From Clostridiaceae bacterium (lineage in GTDB: Bacteria; Bacillota; Clostridia; Saccharofermentanales; Saccharofermentanaceae), in NCBI GenBank assembly GCA_012728275.1, contig JAAYFK010000049.1:77163-141162 (forward strand): 64,000 nt of DNA, read 5' to 3'. Shown one piece after another: positions 27,097-37,557 of the stretch (within the stretch, counting starts at the first letter, position 1; every line of letters begins with the position of its first letter). The translations under genes and the position numbers were made by a program. The notes under the pieces were generated by a model. That model was not told the origin of the DNA. It was given only the letters and a program-made list of their open reading frames with translations, and did not search any database.

Positions 27097-29007
27097 ATGA
27101 CAGATTTCAGATTATATCCTGATTTGCTCTGCTTCATTCCACCAGAGAAGCATTCTGCTCAAGATATTACAAGCATTCTAGAAACTCATCCAGAAATTAA
27201 GTTTGTATCGTTAGTAGCTATCGATTTGGCTGGCAATGATACTGATGAGAAGATTCCAATTAGCGATTTTCATGATAATTTGCAAAACTACCTTAATGGC
27301 GAAGCCATTCAAACCGATGGCTCTTCTGTTGTACTACCAGGAATTGCAACACTAAACGATGGTAAAGTTGATTTAGTTCCTGATCCCAATGTTGTTTGGT
27401 ATGTAGATTATAACTACGAGCACATTGATATGACTACAGGACTTCCAGTGGGAACACTTCGTATACCATCATTCCTTACGCATAACGGCGAGTATGTATG
27501 TTCTCGTTCAGTTCTTAAGAGAAGCGCCGAGTACTTTGAGAATACATTGACGGATATTATGAAGAAGAATCCTGAGATATGTAAGAGTTATGGTTTTGCT
27601 TGTGAGGAACTAAAGCAAATAAACATCATTGTCGCTACTGAGCTTGAATTTTGGGTAAATTCACCTGACGAGGTAGTCAGTACAGATAAGTTAACTATTT
27701 CTCAGGAACTTAAAGAATCATATTGGAAGAGAACTAAAGGCGTAGTAAGAACTGCACTTGAGCAGGTTATTCTAGTTTTAGATCAGTATGGTTTTAACCC
27801 TGAAATGGGACATAAGGAAGTTGGCGGTGTTAAAGCAGCTGTATCTAGCTCTGGTGATTTCCATTCAATTATGGAACAACTTGAGGTCGACTGGAAGTAT
27901 TCGGATGCGCTACAAGGAGCTGACTACGAAATCACAGCGCGAATTCTAATCAAAGAGATCTTTAGAATGCATGGTCTTGAGGTTAGCTTCCAAGCTAAGC
28001 CTCTATTTGGAGTTGCTGGTTCAGGAGAGCACACACATGTTAATGCAGTTGCTTTGTTGAATAATGGAAAGAAAATCAATCTTTTCGCACCTGCTAAGCT
28101 TGAGGAAGACTACCTGAGCATTATTGGTTGGGGCTGTTTGATGGGTATCATGAAGAACTACGATTTGATTAACCCATTTGTATCCGCGACATCGGATGCT
28201 TTCGCAAGATTACAACCTGGATTCGAGGCTCCTACTCATCCAGTTGCTTCGATTGGCCGCGATGTATTAACACCATCCCGTAACAGAAGCGTGCTTCTTG
28301 GTGTTGTACGAAGCCTTACGAACAAGTATTGTACAAGGTTTGAGCTTCGTTCACCTAATCCACATACAAACACTTATCTTTGCCTATCAGCTGTATACCA
28401 ATGCATGCTGGATGGTATTCACTATGCGATTAACTCTGGAAAGACAAGTAAGCAGCTTGAGGCCGAGTTTACTAAGAAGTATGGCGAGAGCGGAGATTAT
28501 CTGGAAACTAACAGATTATATAGATGTGAGGAAGATATTTTCGAGTCGATGACTGGAGAAGAGCGCAACAAGTTGTTTGGCATCCCACCTGCAACTGTTT
28601 ACGATTCTTTGAAGAACCTTATGATATCTGATTCCGTTTGCGACATTCTTTGTGCCGGCGATGTCTTTAGCGACAAAATTCTAGCTTCTTATTCAAATGC
28701 AATGCTAAATATGTGGCAAATGGAATTACTCGAGAGAATCATACCTTCTAATCTGTCATTGCTTCGTTCTTTTTCGAAAAAGCACACAATCTCAAACACA
28801 TATGATGACGAGACATGGTCAACTATTGAGAATATGCGATTATCTTTGGCAAAGAATACCGATGAGAAGTTCTCGATTTTTGGAAGCATAAAGCTAGCTA
28901 TCGAGAGTAAGAACCTTGGTGATATTGCTAAACTACAGACTAGAATGAACAAGAACATGATTGAGCTTATTGGACTTTATAGAGACTACAACGAGAACCA
29001 AATTTGA
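27097..29007 (+). CDS. glnA: Glutamine synthetase family protein (~630-aa clostridial type)
   Basis: QTDGSS, ELEFW, GHKEVG, EQLEVDW, GSGEHTH, PGFEAP, RNRS, RFELRSP. Confidence 0.85.
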   Translation: MTDFRLYPDLLCFIPPEKHSAQDITSILETHPEIKFVSLVAIDLAGNDTDEKIPISDFHDNLQNYLNGEAIQTDGSSVVLPGIATLNDGKVDLVPDPNVVWYVDYNYEHIDMTTGLPVGTLRIPSFLTHNGEYVCSRSVLKRSAEYFENTLTDIMKKNPEICKSYGFACEELKQINIIVATELEFWVNSPDEVVSTDKLTISQELKESYWKRTKGVVRTALEQVILVLDQYGFNPEMGHKEVGGVKAAVSSSGDFHSIMEQLEVDWKYSDALQGADYEITARILIKEIFRMHGLEVSFQAKPLFGVAGSGEHTHVNAVALLNNGKKINLFAPAKLEEDYLSIIGWGCLMGIMKNYDLINPFVSATSDAFARLQPGFEAPTHPVASIGRDVLTPSRNRSVLLGVVRSLTNKYCTRFELRSPNPHTNTYLCLSAVYQCMLDGIHYAINSGKTSKQLEAEFTKKYGESGDYLETNRLYRCEEDIFESMTGEERNKLFGIPPATVYDSLKNLMISDSVCDILCAGDVFSDKILASYSNAMLNMWQMELLERIIPSNLSLLRSFSKKHTISNTYDDETWSTIENMRLSLAKNTDEKFSIFGSIKLAIESKNLGDIAKLQTRMNKNMIELIGLYRDYNENQI

Positions 29008-29049
29008 TTTTGTTGTTTTGAACTATACCTGAAACCACAAAGGATAAAG

Positions 29050-29082
29050 AAACACTCCTTCTTCGTAAGAGGGAGTGTTTTT
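29050..29082. terminator. Bidirectional terminator between convergent glnA and hom
   Basis: AAACACTCC...GGAGTGTTTTT. Confidence 0.75.
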
Positions 29083-29124
29083 GATTGTATATTTTCTATT
29101 CAAAATAAACGCAAATGAGATAAA

Positions 29125-30348
29125 TCAATCCATGTAGTGCATCCAAGAGCCATCAATAACTGAAGCAATGATTTCCTCGATTTCTTTATGCGAAATACCT
29201 TTGACTACCACAGCGCTACAAGAGGAATCATCACATACAACCTTGCAATCGAAAGACGAGAAAGTCTGCATAAGGCTATCCGCATTGCTAGCGCATGATT
29301 TAACTACGACATTAGTGATGACATCTGAATATGGCATAATGACGCTTTCTTCGTCAGCATTAACATACCATTTTGTAATGTGTGGATTTCTTCCAGAGTG
29401 CAATGCTGCATCTAAGACATCTCCTACTACCGCAGAAGCTGTAGGAAGCTTACCAGCACCTTGGCCATAGAACATAGCTTCTCCAAGCGCATTACCTTCA
29501 ACAATTATCATATTAAACGCATCTTCTACAGAAGCAATTAATTCATTTTTAGAAACAAAAAATGGGGCTACAAACGCACTTGGTTTTCCTCCATCTCTGT
29601 TAAAGAATGAAGCTAAGAGCTTGACTGAACAGCCAATTTTATCAGCAAATTCAATATCATCTAGAGATATGCTACTTATTCCTTCAGCATGAATCGCATC
29701 TGGTGATACATATAGACCATTTAGAGCTATTGATGAAAGAATAGAGAGTTTTCTTTGAGCATCAATGCCATCTACGTCTGCAGTAGGATTTTGCTCCGCA
29801 TATCCCTTCTGCTGTGCTTGCTTAAGAGCATCCTCATATGATAGGCCAACGTTCCTCATAGAGGATAGAATGTAGTTTGTCGTTCCATTAACAATACCTT
29901 GAATTCGAATAATTTCATTCGCAGCTAGGCAACGATGTAATGGACGAATGATTGGAATTCCTCCACCTACTGCAGCCTCAAAGAGATAACAACAACCATT
30001 ATCTTCAGCAAGTTGCATTAGTTCAACACCATGAGTACTAACGAGCTCCTTGTTACTCGTAACAACGCTTTTTCCAAGACTAAGAGCTCTCTTTGTAAAC
30101 TCGTATGCAATTCTTGCTCCTCCTATTGTCTCAACAACAATAGAAATATCCGAGTCACCAAAAAACTCATCTGCATCATGCGTAATTAAGGAAGCAAAAG
30201 GACTATCTGGGAACTCTCTTAAATCTAGTACCCTCTTAACCTGAATTACTTCACCTACATGACTTGCAATTTTGTCATGGTTCATAGCAATTACCTCTGC
30301 TACTCCAGAGCCAACTACTCCAAAACCAAGAATTCCAACATTTTTCAT
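29125..30348 (-). CDS. hom: Homoserine dehydrogenase
   Basis: GFGVVGSG, VVTSNK, FEAAVGGGIP, NGTTNYIL, GYAEQNPTADVDG, GQGAGKLPTASAV; start re-called to MKNVGILG. Confidence 0.95.
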   Translation of the reverse strand: MKNVGILGFGVVGSGVAEVIAMNHDKIASHVGEVIQVKRVLDLREFPDSPFASLITHDADEFFGDSDISIVVETIGGARIAYEFTKRALSLGKSVVTSNKELVSTHGVELMQLAEDNGCCYLFEAAVGGGIPIIRPLHRCLAANEIIRIQGIVNGTTNYILSSMRNVGLSYEDALKQAQQKGYAEQNPTADVDGIDAQRKLSILSSIALNGLYVSPDAIHAEGISSISLDDIEFADKIGCSVKLLASFFNRDGGKPSAFVAPFFVSKNELIASVEDAFNMIIVEGNALGEAMFYGQGAGKLPTASAVVGDVLDAALHSGRNPHITKWYVNADEESVIMPYSDVITNVVVKSCASNADSLMQTFSSFDCKVVCDDSSCSAVVVKGISHKEIEEIIASVIDGSWMHYMD

Positions 30349-30361
30349 AATAACCCCCATA

Positions 30362-30808
30362 TCACTCACGGCTAAGTACTTTACAAGAACGTACACCAGC
30401 CAATTTGTTTACTTCATTAAGAATATCCTCAACTGAACCTAGCATAGACGCTGTTTCCAGAGAAACGGAAATATCAGCCAAACCATTAATTGGGATATTC
30501 TGATTAATAGTTAAGATATTAGCATGTGAAGCTGCAACAACTTGCAAAATCAAAGACAAAATACCTTGAAAATTCTCTACCGTAATCAATAAAGTTACCT
30601 TCTTACCGTTTGTAGCCTCATAAAAAGGCATTACGGAATCCTTATACTTATAATATGCGCTACGAGAAAGTCCAGTTTTTCTAACAGCATCATTAATCGA
30701 CGAAGCATCACCTGTATTCAAGCGTTGCTTTACTTCCATTACCTTAATAAATACTTCAGGAAGCACTTCTTTATCTACTAGATAGTACTCTCTTGCTTCG
30801 TTTTTCAT
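30362..30808 (-). CDS. thrR: ACT-domain transcription factor ThrR (PheB/UPF0735 family)
   Basis: YYLVDKEVLPEVF, HTH-like SINDAVRKTGLSRSAYYKYKD, ACT domain NILTINQNIP; directly upstream of hom. Confidence 0.8.
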   Translation of the reverse strand: MKNEAREYYLVDKEVLPEVFIKVMEVKQRLNTGDASSINDAVRKTGLSRSAYYKYKDSVMPFYEATNGKKVTLLITVENFQGILSLILQVVAASHANILTINQNIPINGLADISVSLETASMLGSVEDILNEVNKLAGVRSCKVLSRE

Positions 30809-30827
30809 AGTCAACTCCAACTAATAC

Positions 30828-30893
30828 TGTCCACGTACGGTGCACATTTGTTCGCGGCATAGGTATATTATCATTTATGAACTAGTTTTGCAA
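30828..30893 (-). promoter_or_regulatory. thrR-hom promoter and downstream palindromic candidate operator
   Basis: TTGCAA-N17-TAATAT (30893-30865, minus) followed by TGT(C/G)CAC-N5-GTG(C/G)ACA at 30828-30846. Confidence 0.55.
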
Positions 30894-31458
30894 CCATTTG
30901 ATTTAAGGCTTTTCCTCTATGACTTATCTTATTCTTTAACTCGGGATCCATCTGCGCAGTAGTCATTTCGTATTCTGGAACATAGAAAATTGGATCGTAA
31001 CCAAAACCATTATTGCCTTGAGGTGTCTCAACTAGAATTCCATCAACAGTTCCACGAACAGTAAACTCACTTCCATCTGGCTTCACCACTGCAATGGCAC
31101 AAACAAATTGAGCAGTTCTCTTCTCAGCTGGAACATCCTTAAGAAGATCAAAAATCTTCTTGAACTTCTCTTCATACGTCGAATTTTCACCACAAAATCT
31201 TGCAGAGAATATTCCAGGAGCTCCATTTAAAGCATCGATGCATAATCCTGAATCGTCGGCCATTACATAATCTTGCGTAATACTATGAACTGTTCGTACC
31301 TTTATTAGTGCGTTTCCTTCAAAGCTATCTGCATTCTCATCTATCTCAGGGTTAATCCCTAAGGACTTCATCGAGATTGCTACAAAATCACTTCCCTTAA
31401 GAATCTCATTTATCTCTCTAACTTTATCTTCGTTTCCTGTAGCAACTATTAAATTCAT
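30871..31458 (-). CDS. rdgB: Non-canonical purine NTP pyrophosphatase (dITP/XTP)
   Basis: ATGNEDK, ADDSGL, GAPGIFSARF, GFGYDPIF, KNKISHRGKA; start re-called to MNLIVATGN. Confidence 0.95.
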   Translation of the reverse strand: MNLIVATGNEDKVREINEILKGSDFVAISMKSLGINPEIDENADSFEGNALIKVRTVHSITQDYVMADDSGLCIDALNGAPGIFSARFCGENSTYEEKFKKIFDLLKDVPAEKRTAQFVCAIAVVKPDGSEFTVRGTVDGILVETPQGNNGFGYDPIFYVPEYEMTTAQMDPELKNKISHRGKALNQMVAKLVHK

Positions 31459-31477
31459 TTTCGCTCCTTCTCGCTCC

Positions 31478-32944
31478 TTATACCAATCGCCATGCTTTAG
31501 GGTACAAATTCTTAAACGTACCATCAGGCGTTTTTTTCGCAAATCCCAAAGGATAGTTGTCAACACAAACAACAACAAAACCTTTTGTCTTTAACACTTT
31601 ATTTTCTTCTTCATTTGCAATTATTGTCTCGCCTTTCAAATATCGTTCTACTCGCATGTCTTCGCGCGGCATAGATAATATTGAGTCTTTGCGAATACCT
31701 TCATAATTAAGAGTCAACGCCAAGCAATTTGAAGGGACAAATACTCGTCCTGTATTTGTGTTCTTGATTTCGCCTGGAAAATCTCCGGACTTTACAACCA
31801 CCAAGCGATCAAACAGTCGCTCATCTACTGGAAGCAAATGGATTTTGTCTGAGTGAAGAACATAAAATTTATTCACGTAGTTCTCATATTCCTCATAATC
31901 ATTGTCCGCCAATATGTCCTTCATAAACGAAAGAAAAGCTTCGCGCGATTGATTATATGTGAAATGATCGCTTCGTTTTTTTGTTTTCCGCAGTTCAGGG
32001 ATATTATCATTAGAATCCGCTTCTTGAATAGCTTTTTTTCGCAAATGAACGCAAAAATGCCCATCGCCTTCAGAAATGTGTGGCCAAATGCGCATCGCAC
32101 CAGGAAGAATCGAACCTTCTTTCTGATGAGTCACGCCCTCTATTTCAGGATGTGCTATTACCTCATAGTCACTATGATCCTTAAGAAAATCAAGTACCAT
32201 TTCTTCGTCTTCACCTAAACCAAAGGTGCAAGTAGAATATACGATTTCGCCTCCAGGCTTAAGCATCAAATCAGTCGCATTAAGAATTTGCTTCTGAATC
32301 ACTTGGCAACTCTCAGGTCCATATTGCTCCCAACTCTTTGTTGCTGAAGGGTCACGCCTAAACATTCCTTCTCCTGAGCATGGCGCATCAACAAGAATCT
32401 TGTCGAAAAATAAAGGTAATCTTCTAGCTATATTATCTGGATTCTCATTAAGAATGACAGCATTACGAATTCCGGTTCTCTCTATATTCCGTAACAACGC
32501 CTTGACTCGTTGCTCGGAGATTTCATTTGCTACTAGAAGTCCCTCGCCTTTCAAGTCCTCTCCTAACCTACATGCTTTTCCTCCGGGAGCAGCACATAAA
32601 TCCAGAACATAATCTCCTGGTTTTGCTCCAAGCACCTGTGCAGGAAGCATAGCAGATGGTTCTGTCGAATAGTAGACACCAGCCAGATAGTAAGGGTCCC
32701 TGCCAGTCTTCATTGACTCATCTTCAACATAAAAGCCGCCTTCGCACCAAGGCACCTTCTTCTCGGAAAGGCCCATTCTTTCAACTACTTTGGAGAAGTC
32801 ACTTCTATCGGTTTTTATGCTATTTAGTCTTATCCCTCGAAAAGCCTGTGAATCAAAGCTCTCCCAGAACCCCTCACTTGATACATTGCTATCAGATGAG
32901 AAATACTCATTCATTCTGTTTACAAATTCAATTGGTAACTTCAT
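31478..32944 (-). CDS. rsmF: rRNA m5C methyltransferase, RsmF/NOL1-NOP2-Sun family
   Basis: DLCAAPGGK, DAPCSGEGM, YSTCT; C-terminal PUA-like NLYPKAWR. Confidence 0.88.
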   Translation of the reverse strand: MKLPIEFVNRMNEYFSSDSNVSSEGFWESFDSQAFRGIRLNSIKTDRSDFSKVVERMGLSEKKVPWCEGGFYVEDESMKTGRDPYYLAGVYYSTEPSAMLPAQVLGAKPGDYVLDLCAAPGGKACRLGEDLKGEGLLVANEISEQRVKALLRNIERTGIRNAVILNENPDNIARRLPLFFDKILVDAPCSGEGMFRRDPSATKSWEQYGPESCQVIQKQILNATDLMLKPGGEIVYSTCTFGLGEDEEMVLDFLKDHSDYEVIAHPEIEGVTHQKEGSILPGAMRIWPHISEGDGHFCVHLRKKAIQEADSNDNIPELRKTKKRSDHFTYNQSREAFLSFMKDILADNDYEEYENYVNKFYVLHSDKIHLLPVDERLFDRLVVVKSGDFPGEIKNTNTGRVFVPSNCLALTLNYEGIRKDSILSMPREDMRVERYLKGETIIANEEENKVLKTKGFVVVCVDNYPLGFAKKTPDGTFKNLYPKAWRLV

Positions 32945-34644
32945 AAACTCAAAAAATCACTCGCACTGAAAGCTAGCTTCTTAAATACATCAACATCAAA
33001 AGGAGAAGAAAGGCCTGCCTTTTGAAGAAGTGATAAGAAGGTATCAGTACCGCCACTTTCACAAAGAATATTATACTTAAACAAAGCCGACTTCGCATCA
33101 AGTCTAGACTCATCCCATAATTCCAAAGCACAAATTTGTGCAAGACAATAATCGATATAGTAGAAAGGACTAGTAAAAATATGAGACTTCTTCATCCATG
33201 CTCCGCCATTTGAGTGGAAAGGATGATTATCATAATTAATGAAAGGTTGATACTTTTCCTCAAGTCTCTTCCAGACTTCATGACGCTCGTCAGGTTTCAA
33301 ATCGGGATTATCATAAACCTCATGCTGAAACTCGTCGACCATACATCCATAGGGCAAGAAAAGCAAAGCATTAGTCATATGCAACTCACGGTATGCATTA
33401 GCGCTATCACCATAGAACATATCCATATAAGGGTATGATAGAAACTCCATCGCTGTCGAGTGAATTTCGCATGTCTCCAGCGTAGGCGATAAGCATTCAG
33501 AGAATGGTGAGACCTCAGCTGACTTTATCGCAGCATAAGCATGACCGCCTTCGTGAACAATTGTTGCCACATCATCAGCTGTTCCATTACCGTTCATAAA
33601 AATGAAAGGAATAGCATACTCTTCAAGGAACATGCAATAACCACCTGTGGACTTTGATTTGCGAGAAAGAAGGTCAGTAAAGCCGTGTTCCGAAAGAACG
33701 TCAAAGAAGCTTGGATTTACGCCGAAGATTCTTCTAAAGAACTCACCTGAAACCTTATCGTAAGAGTCCATTGAAATTGAAGGAACTGGATTTCCTTTGC
33801 TAAAAAGACATGGCAAGTCATAAAACTTAAGTTCATCGAGATCCAATCTGTTCGTTTGCAATTCGCGAATTTTGCTCGTCAGTGGAACTATGTATTTGAC
33901 TACATTGTCACGAAAAACCTTAACGCTTTCTCTATTGTAGTCATAACGCTCCATTCGCTTATAACCTAATTCGGTGAATGACGTGTAACCAAGTTTCTTA
34001 GCTATTTGAGTCCTAATCTTAACCATTTCATCATAAATACGGTCAAAATCATCTTTTTTCGACAAATAATAATCATCTAATGCCTTATGAGCCTTAATTC
34101 TCTTGTTGCGATCAGTTGACTCCAAATATGGCTCAAGCATGCTAAGGTTCAATTCCTTGCCATTAAACATAATAATTGCTTCAGATTGAATCTGTGAATA
34201 CTCATTTTCGAGCGCAGACTCCTTAACAATATCTTCAATTACCTCGCTACTAATCGTCTCTTTATAATTAATTGCCTTCTTGAAAATCATATCCCCATAC
34301 TTCTCTCGAAGCTCTTTAGCACAAGGACAATTTAACATTACAGAGAAAACACCAGCCGCTAAATCGTTTACTGAAGCTTCAATCTCATCACAAAAGGCTA
34401 GTTCATTAGTATAGAAATCATTTGAGGTATCCAAATCATGCATAATATTGCATAGTGCAAACATCGTATTAATTAGTACTAGATTTCTCTCATAATCGAA
34501 AAGAGCAGAAGACGCCGTATTAACGTCTTTTGCAGTCATAAGCTTAAGTCTTACTTTTCGAACAGAATCACGAAAAGCATCTAAATCCGGACGCTCATAT
34601 TTGATTGAACTGAAATCAGGCATCTCATTCGATTTTGATTGCAT
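32941..34644 (-). CDS. M3-family oligoendopeptidase
   Basis: HEGGH Zn motif, ETCEIHS, PFYYIDY; start re-called at GAGGTG-N4-ATG 34644. Confidence 0.9.
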   Translation of the reverse strand: MQSKSNEMPDFSSIKYERPDLDAFRDSVRKVRLKLMTAKDVNTASSALFDYERNLVLINTMFALCNIMHDLDTSNDFYTNELAFCDEIEASVNDLAAGVFSVMLNCPCAKELREKYGDMIFKKAINYKETISSEVIEDIVKESALENEYSQIQSEAIIMFNGKELNLSMLEPYLESTDRNKRIKAHKALDDYYLSKKDDFDRIYDEMVKIRTQIAKKLGYTSFTELGYKRMERYDYNRESVKVFRDNVVKYIVPLTSKIRELQTNRLDLDELKFYDLPCLFSKGNPVPSISMDSYDKVSGEFFRRIFGVNPSFFDVLSEHGFTDLLSRKSKSTGGYCMFLEEYAIPFIFMNGNGTADDVATIVHEGGHAYAAIKSAEVSPFSECLSPTLETCEIHSTAMEFLSYPYMDMFYGDSANAYRELHMTNALLFLPYGCMVDEFQHEVYDNPDLKPDERHEVWKRLEEKYQPFINYDNHPFHSNGGAWMKKSHIFTSPFYYIDYCLAQICALELWDESRLDAKSALFKYNILCESGGTDTFLSLLQKAGLSSPFDVDVFKKLAFSASDFLSL

Positions 34645-34664
34645 TTGGCACCTCGACCTAATTA

Positions 34665-36398
34665 TTACATTCTCTCTACTACATCTATTCCGAGTAGATT
34701 TAATCCAGACTTGATGCAATTACATACAGCCTCACATAGTGCAAGACGTGCTATCTTACTCTCATCAGTATCCGCTGAAAGAATTGACGAATTATTGTAG
34801 AATCTGTTAAAAGCTCTTGCTATAACAGCAATTTGTCTAGAAATAAAGAAAGGTTCATTGCTCTTAGCGGCACCAACAATAGCATCTTCAAAATCAGAAA
34901 GAGCCTTTATAACAGCGCTTTCCTCATCGCTACTCAGAAGTGCAAGAACAGACTCATCAATATTCCTGTAAGATACTCCAATACTATCAGCTTTACGAAG
35001 GATAGACCTTGTTCTAGCATAAGTATAAATCAAGTAAGGTGCAGTATCGCCTTCGAAATCAAGCATTTCTTCCCACGAGAAAACAATGTTTCTCTCACGT
35101 CCTGATTTAACATAAGTATAAACTACAGCACCAATACCAACCTTCGTTGCGATATCGTTAATCTCTTCATCGCTCATCTCTGTTCCGCGATTCCTAGCAT
35201 TCGCCTCAATGATTTCTTTGGTTTTCGCTATCGACTCATTAAGCAAATCTTCAAGAAGTACAATATTTCCGTCTCTCGTTGAGAACTTCATATTCTTAAA
35301 CTTAACTAGACCAAAACCTACATGTTCACAATTTTCAGCAAAGTCAAAGCCAGCTTTCTTTAGAACAGAAAAAACTTGCTTGAAATGCAAAGCTTGAGGA
35401 ATACCAACAACGTATATATTCTTATCAAAATGATATGTATTGTATCTATATATCGCTGCAGCTAAATCTCTTGAAGCATAGATTGTAGTCCCATCACTCT
35501 TAAGAATGATACAAGGAGGCATATTGAATTCATCAAGCTTAACAACTTGAGCGCCCTCACTTTCTTCAAGAAGGCTTCGTTCCTTAAGCATGTCTACTAC
35601 TGCAGGAATCTTGTCTGAATAAAAGGATTCTCCATTGTAGTTGTCGAAGCTTACGCCCATGCGGTCGTATATTCCGTTAAATACTACTAAGGACATATCT
35701 CTAAAGCGTTTCCATAACGCAACCTCTTCCTCGCACCCGTCCTCAAGCTTCTTGAAATTCTCTCTAGCTGAAGTCGTAAGCGAAGGGTCATTCTTCTCCT
35801 CTTCATGGAACTTGACATATATTCTCAGTAACTCGTCAATCGGGCTAGATGATAAAGCATCCTCATCTCCCCATAAACGATATGCAGTAATTAGCTTTCC
35901 AAATTGAGTACCATAATCGCCTAAATGATTCATACGAACTACGTTGTAACCCAACTTCGTGTAAATTTTCGAAAGAGAGTTTCCTATTATTGTCGAAAAA
36001 GCATGACCTACGTGGAAAGGCTTAGCAATATTGGGAGATGAGAACTCAACAAGAACCGTTTTGCCCTCGCCTAGTTTGGAACATCCATACTCGTCTCCAA
36101 GAGAATTAATCTTATTGACTACATCGCAAGCTAGAACACCTCGGTCGATAAAAAAATTTACATATGGTCCAACGCTCTTAACTTCAGAAATCCATTTCTC
36201 ACCCATAGAAGAGTCACTTGCAATCTCTGCTGATATCATTTGTGGGGCCTTATGCATTGATTTTGCTAAAGTAAAACAAGGAAATGCGTAATCTCCCATG
36301 TCGCTGCGAGGAGGAACCTCAAGCAAATTCATTACCGTATCCATATCTAATTGAGTGAATCTAGCCAATTTACTTGCAATCTCTGATTTGTAATCCAT
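34665..36398 (-). CDS. argS: Arginine--tRNA ligase
   Basis: EFSSPNIAKPFHVGH (HIGH), NHLGDYGTQFG, KSDGTTIY, FSTRDG, FEGDTAPY. Confidence 0.97.
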   Translation of the reverse strand: MDYKSEIASKLARFTQLDMDTVMNLLEVPPRSDMGDYAFPCFTLAKSMHKAPQMISAEIASDSSMGEKWISEVKSVGPYVNFFIDRGVLACDVVNKINSLGDEYGCSKLGEGKTVLVEFSSPNIAKPFHVGHAFSTIIGNSLSKIYTKLGYNVVRMNHLGDYGTQFGKLITAYRLWGDEDALSSSPIDELLRIYVKFHEEEKNDPSLTTSARENFKKLEDGCEEEVALWKRFRDMSLVVFNGIYDRMGVSFDNYNGESFYSDKIPAVVDMLKERSLLEESEGAQVVKLDEFNMPPCIILKSDGTTIYASRDLAAAIYRYNTYHFDKNIYVVGIPQALHFKQVFSVLKKAGFDFAENCEHVGFGLVKFKNMKFSTRDGNIVLLEDLLNESIAKTKEIIEANARNRGTEMSDEEINDIATKVGIGAVVYTYVKSGRERNIVFSWEEMLDFEGDTAPYLIYTYARTRSILRKADSIGVSYRNIDESVLALLSSDEESAVIKALSDFEDAIVGAAKSNEPFFISRQIAVIARAFNRFYNNSSILSADTDESKIARLALCEAVCNCIKSGLNLLGIDVVERM

Positions 36399-36548
36399 TC
36401 TTATCCTCCAACCGTATTACCTATTATTATCAATGAGTAATAATAACACATCATAATGGTGTTTTCACTACAACGAAAGCAACGAGAATTTGTTATTTTG
36501 AACTATCAGAGTATAATAGTCACGATATTAAATATTGAAGAGGTCTTT

Positions 36549-37538
36549 ATGCCAATCTTTTTTCAATCATTTTCTATTCCCTTAGCTTTCGTAGCTTGCT
36601 TCATTTTGCTCAAGTTACTTCCTGGGAAAAATCGCATCCTTGGCAAAGATAGAGGTAAGAAATTTGTAATAGGAAGTGAGATAAACAAAGGTAAGCCTAC
36701 CGGCGTAGGTATATATTTCATAGTTGTTTTTCTACTAGTATCTTTATCCTATATTTATGACGGTTTCGGTATGATACTAATGCTGTTAACTATGGCAGGA
36801 GCTATGGTTAGCGGCTATCTAGACGATATTGCATCAACTCCATGGAATGAGTATAAAAAGGGAGCTTTGGATTTAATTGTCGCTTTCATAGGTTCAGTCT
36901 TCTTTGTAGTCTTCTATGGCTCAGATGTTTCCATAGGCTTCAATGGGAACTCAATTTATATTCACCCTGCAATCTATATTCTTCTTGGTTCTATTCTGAT
37001 TATCGTATCCATAAATTCAACCAATGCTACAGATGGAGTGGATGGGTTATCGGGTTCATTATCTATAGCTTCCATACTAACAATCATGATTGTCTCAGCA
37101 ATAACTGGAAACTGTACCGCTAATGGATTCTTCCTTGGATTTATTATGATTGCTGTTCTTTCAGCCTACCTAATGTTTAATATCTTCCCAAGTAAAATGA
37201 TGATGGGAGACGCAGGCTCCAGATCAATAGGATTCTTCATTGCTTTTTACGCAATGTACATGAAAATCCCGTTTGCCTATCTAGTAATTGGTCTTCCCTT
37301 CATGCTTGATGGAGGTCTAAGCGTTCTCAAGATTACTATTGGTCGAGTCTCTAACAAGTTATTCCATAAGAAAGTGATTATTCTTAAAAAGGTTCTTACC
37401 CCTGTTCATGATCACCTTAAGCAAGTTAAGGGTTTCTCTGCTCGAAAAACTTGGATAATATTAACGACATCTGCTGTTGTAGTAGACGTCGCTTATATCA
37501 TACTATGTTTAATTGTAAACTTGATTTCTAAGTACTAA
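36549..37538 (+). CDS. mraY: Phospho-N-acetylmuramoyl-pentapeptide transferase (MraY-like, GT4/PNPT family)
   Basis: KPTGVG, GYLDD, NSTNATDGVDGL, MMGDAGS, PVHDH; GAGG RBS before ATG 36549. Confidence 0.8.
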   Translation: MPIFFQSFSIPLAFVACFILLKLLPGKNRILGKDRGKKFVIGSEINKGKPTGVGIYFIVVFLLVSLSYIYDGFGMILMLLTMAGAMVSGYLDDIASTPWNEYKKGALDLIVAFIGSVFFVVFYGSDVSIGFNGNSIYIHPAIYILLGSILIIVSINSTNATDGVDGLSGSLSIASILTIMIVSAITGNCTANGFFLGFIMIAVLSAYLMFNIFPSKMMMGDAGSRSIGFFIAFYAMYMKIPFAYLVIGLPFMLDGGLSVLKITIGRVSNKLFHKKVIILKKVLTPVHDHLKQVKGFSARKTWIILTTSAVVVDVAYIILCLIVNLISKY

Positions 37539-37557
37539 TTAGCTATTGCTTCACAAA

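Noticed and set aside
30842-30854. CGAAC-AAAT-GTGC, a LexA-box-like sequence upstream of thrR-hom
   Set aside because: It overlaps the stronger 19-bp dyad, and SOS control of hom has no biological support
34400-36450. T-box or other riboswitch leaders for argS (also considered for lysA and hom)
   Set aside because: The leaders are too short (lysA directly follows the MutS-like gene; argS has about 150 nt shared with a divergent gene), and I saw no T-box or lysine-riboswitch motifs
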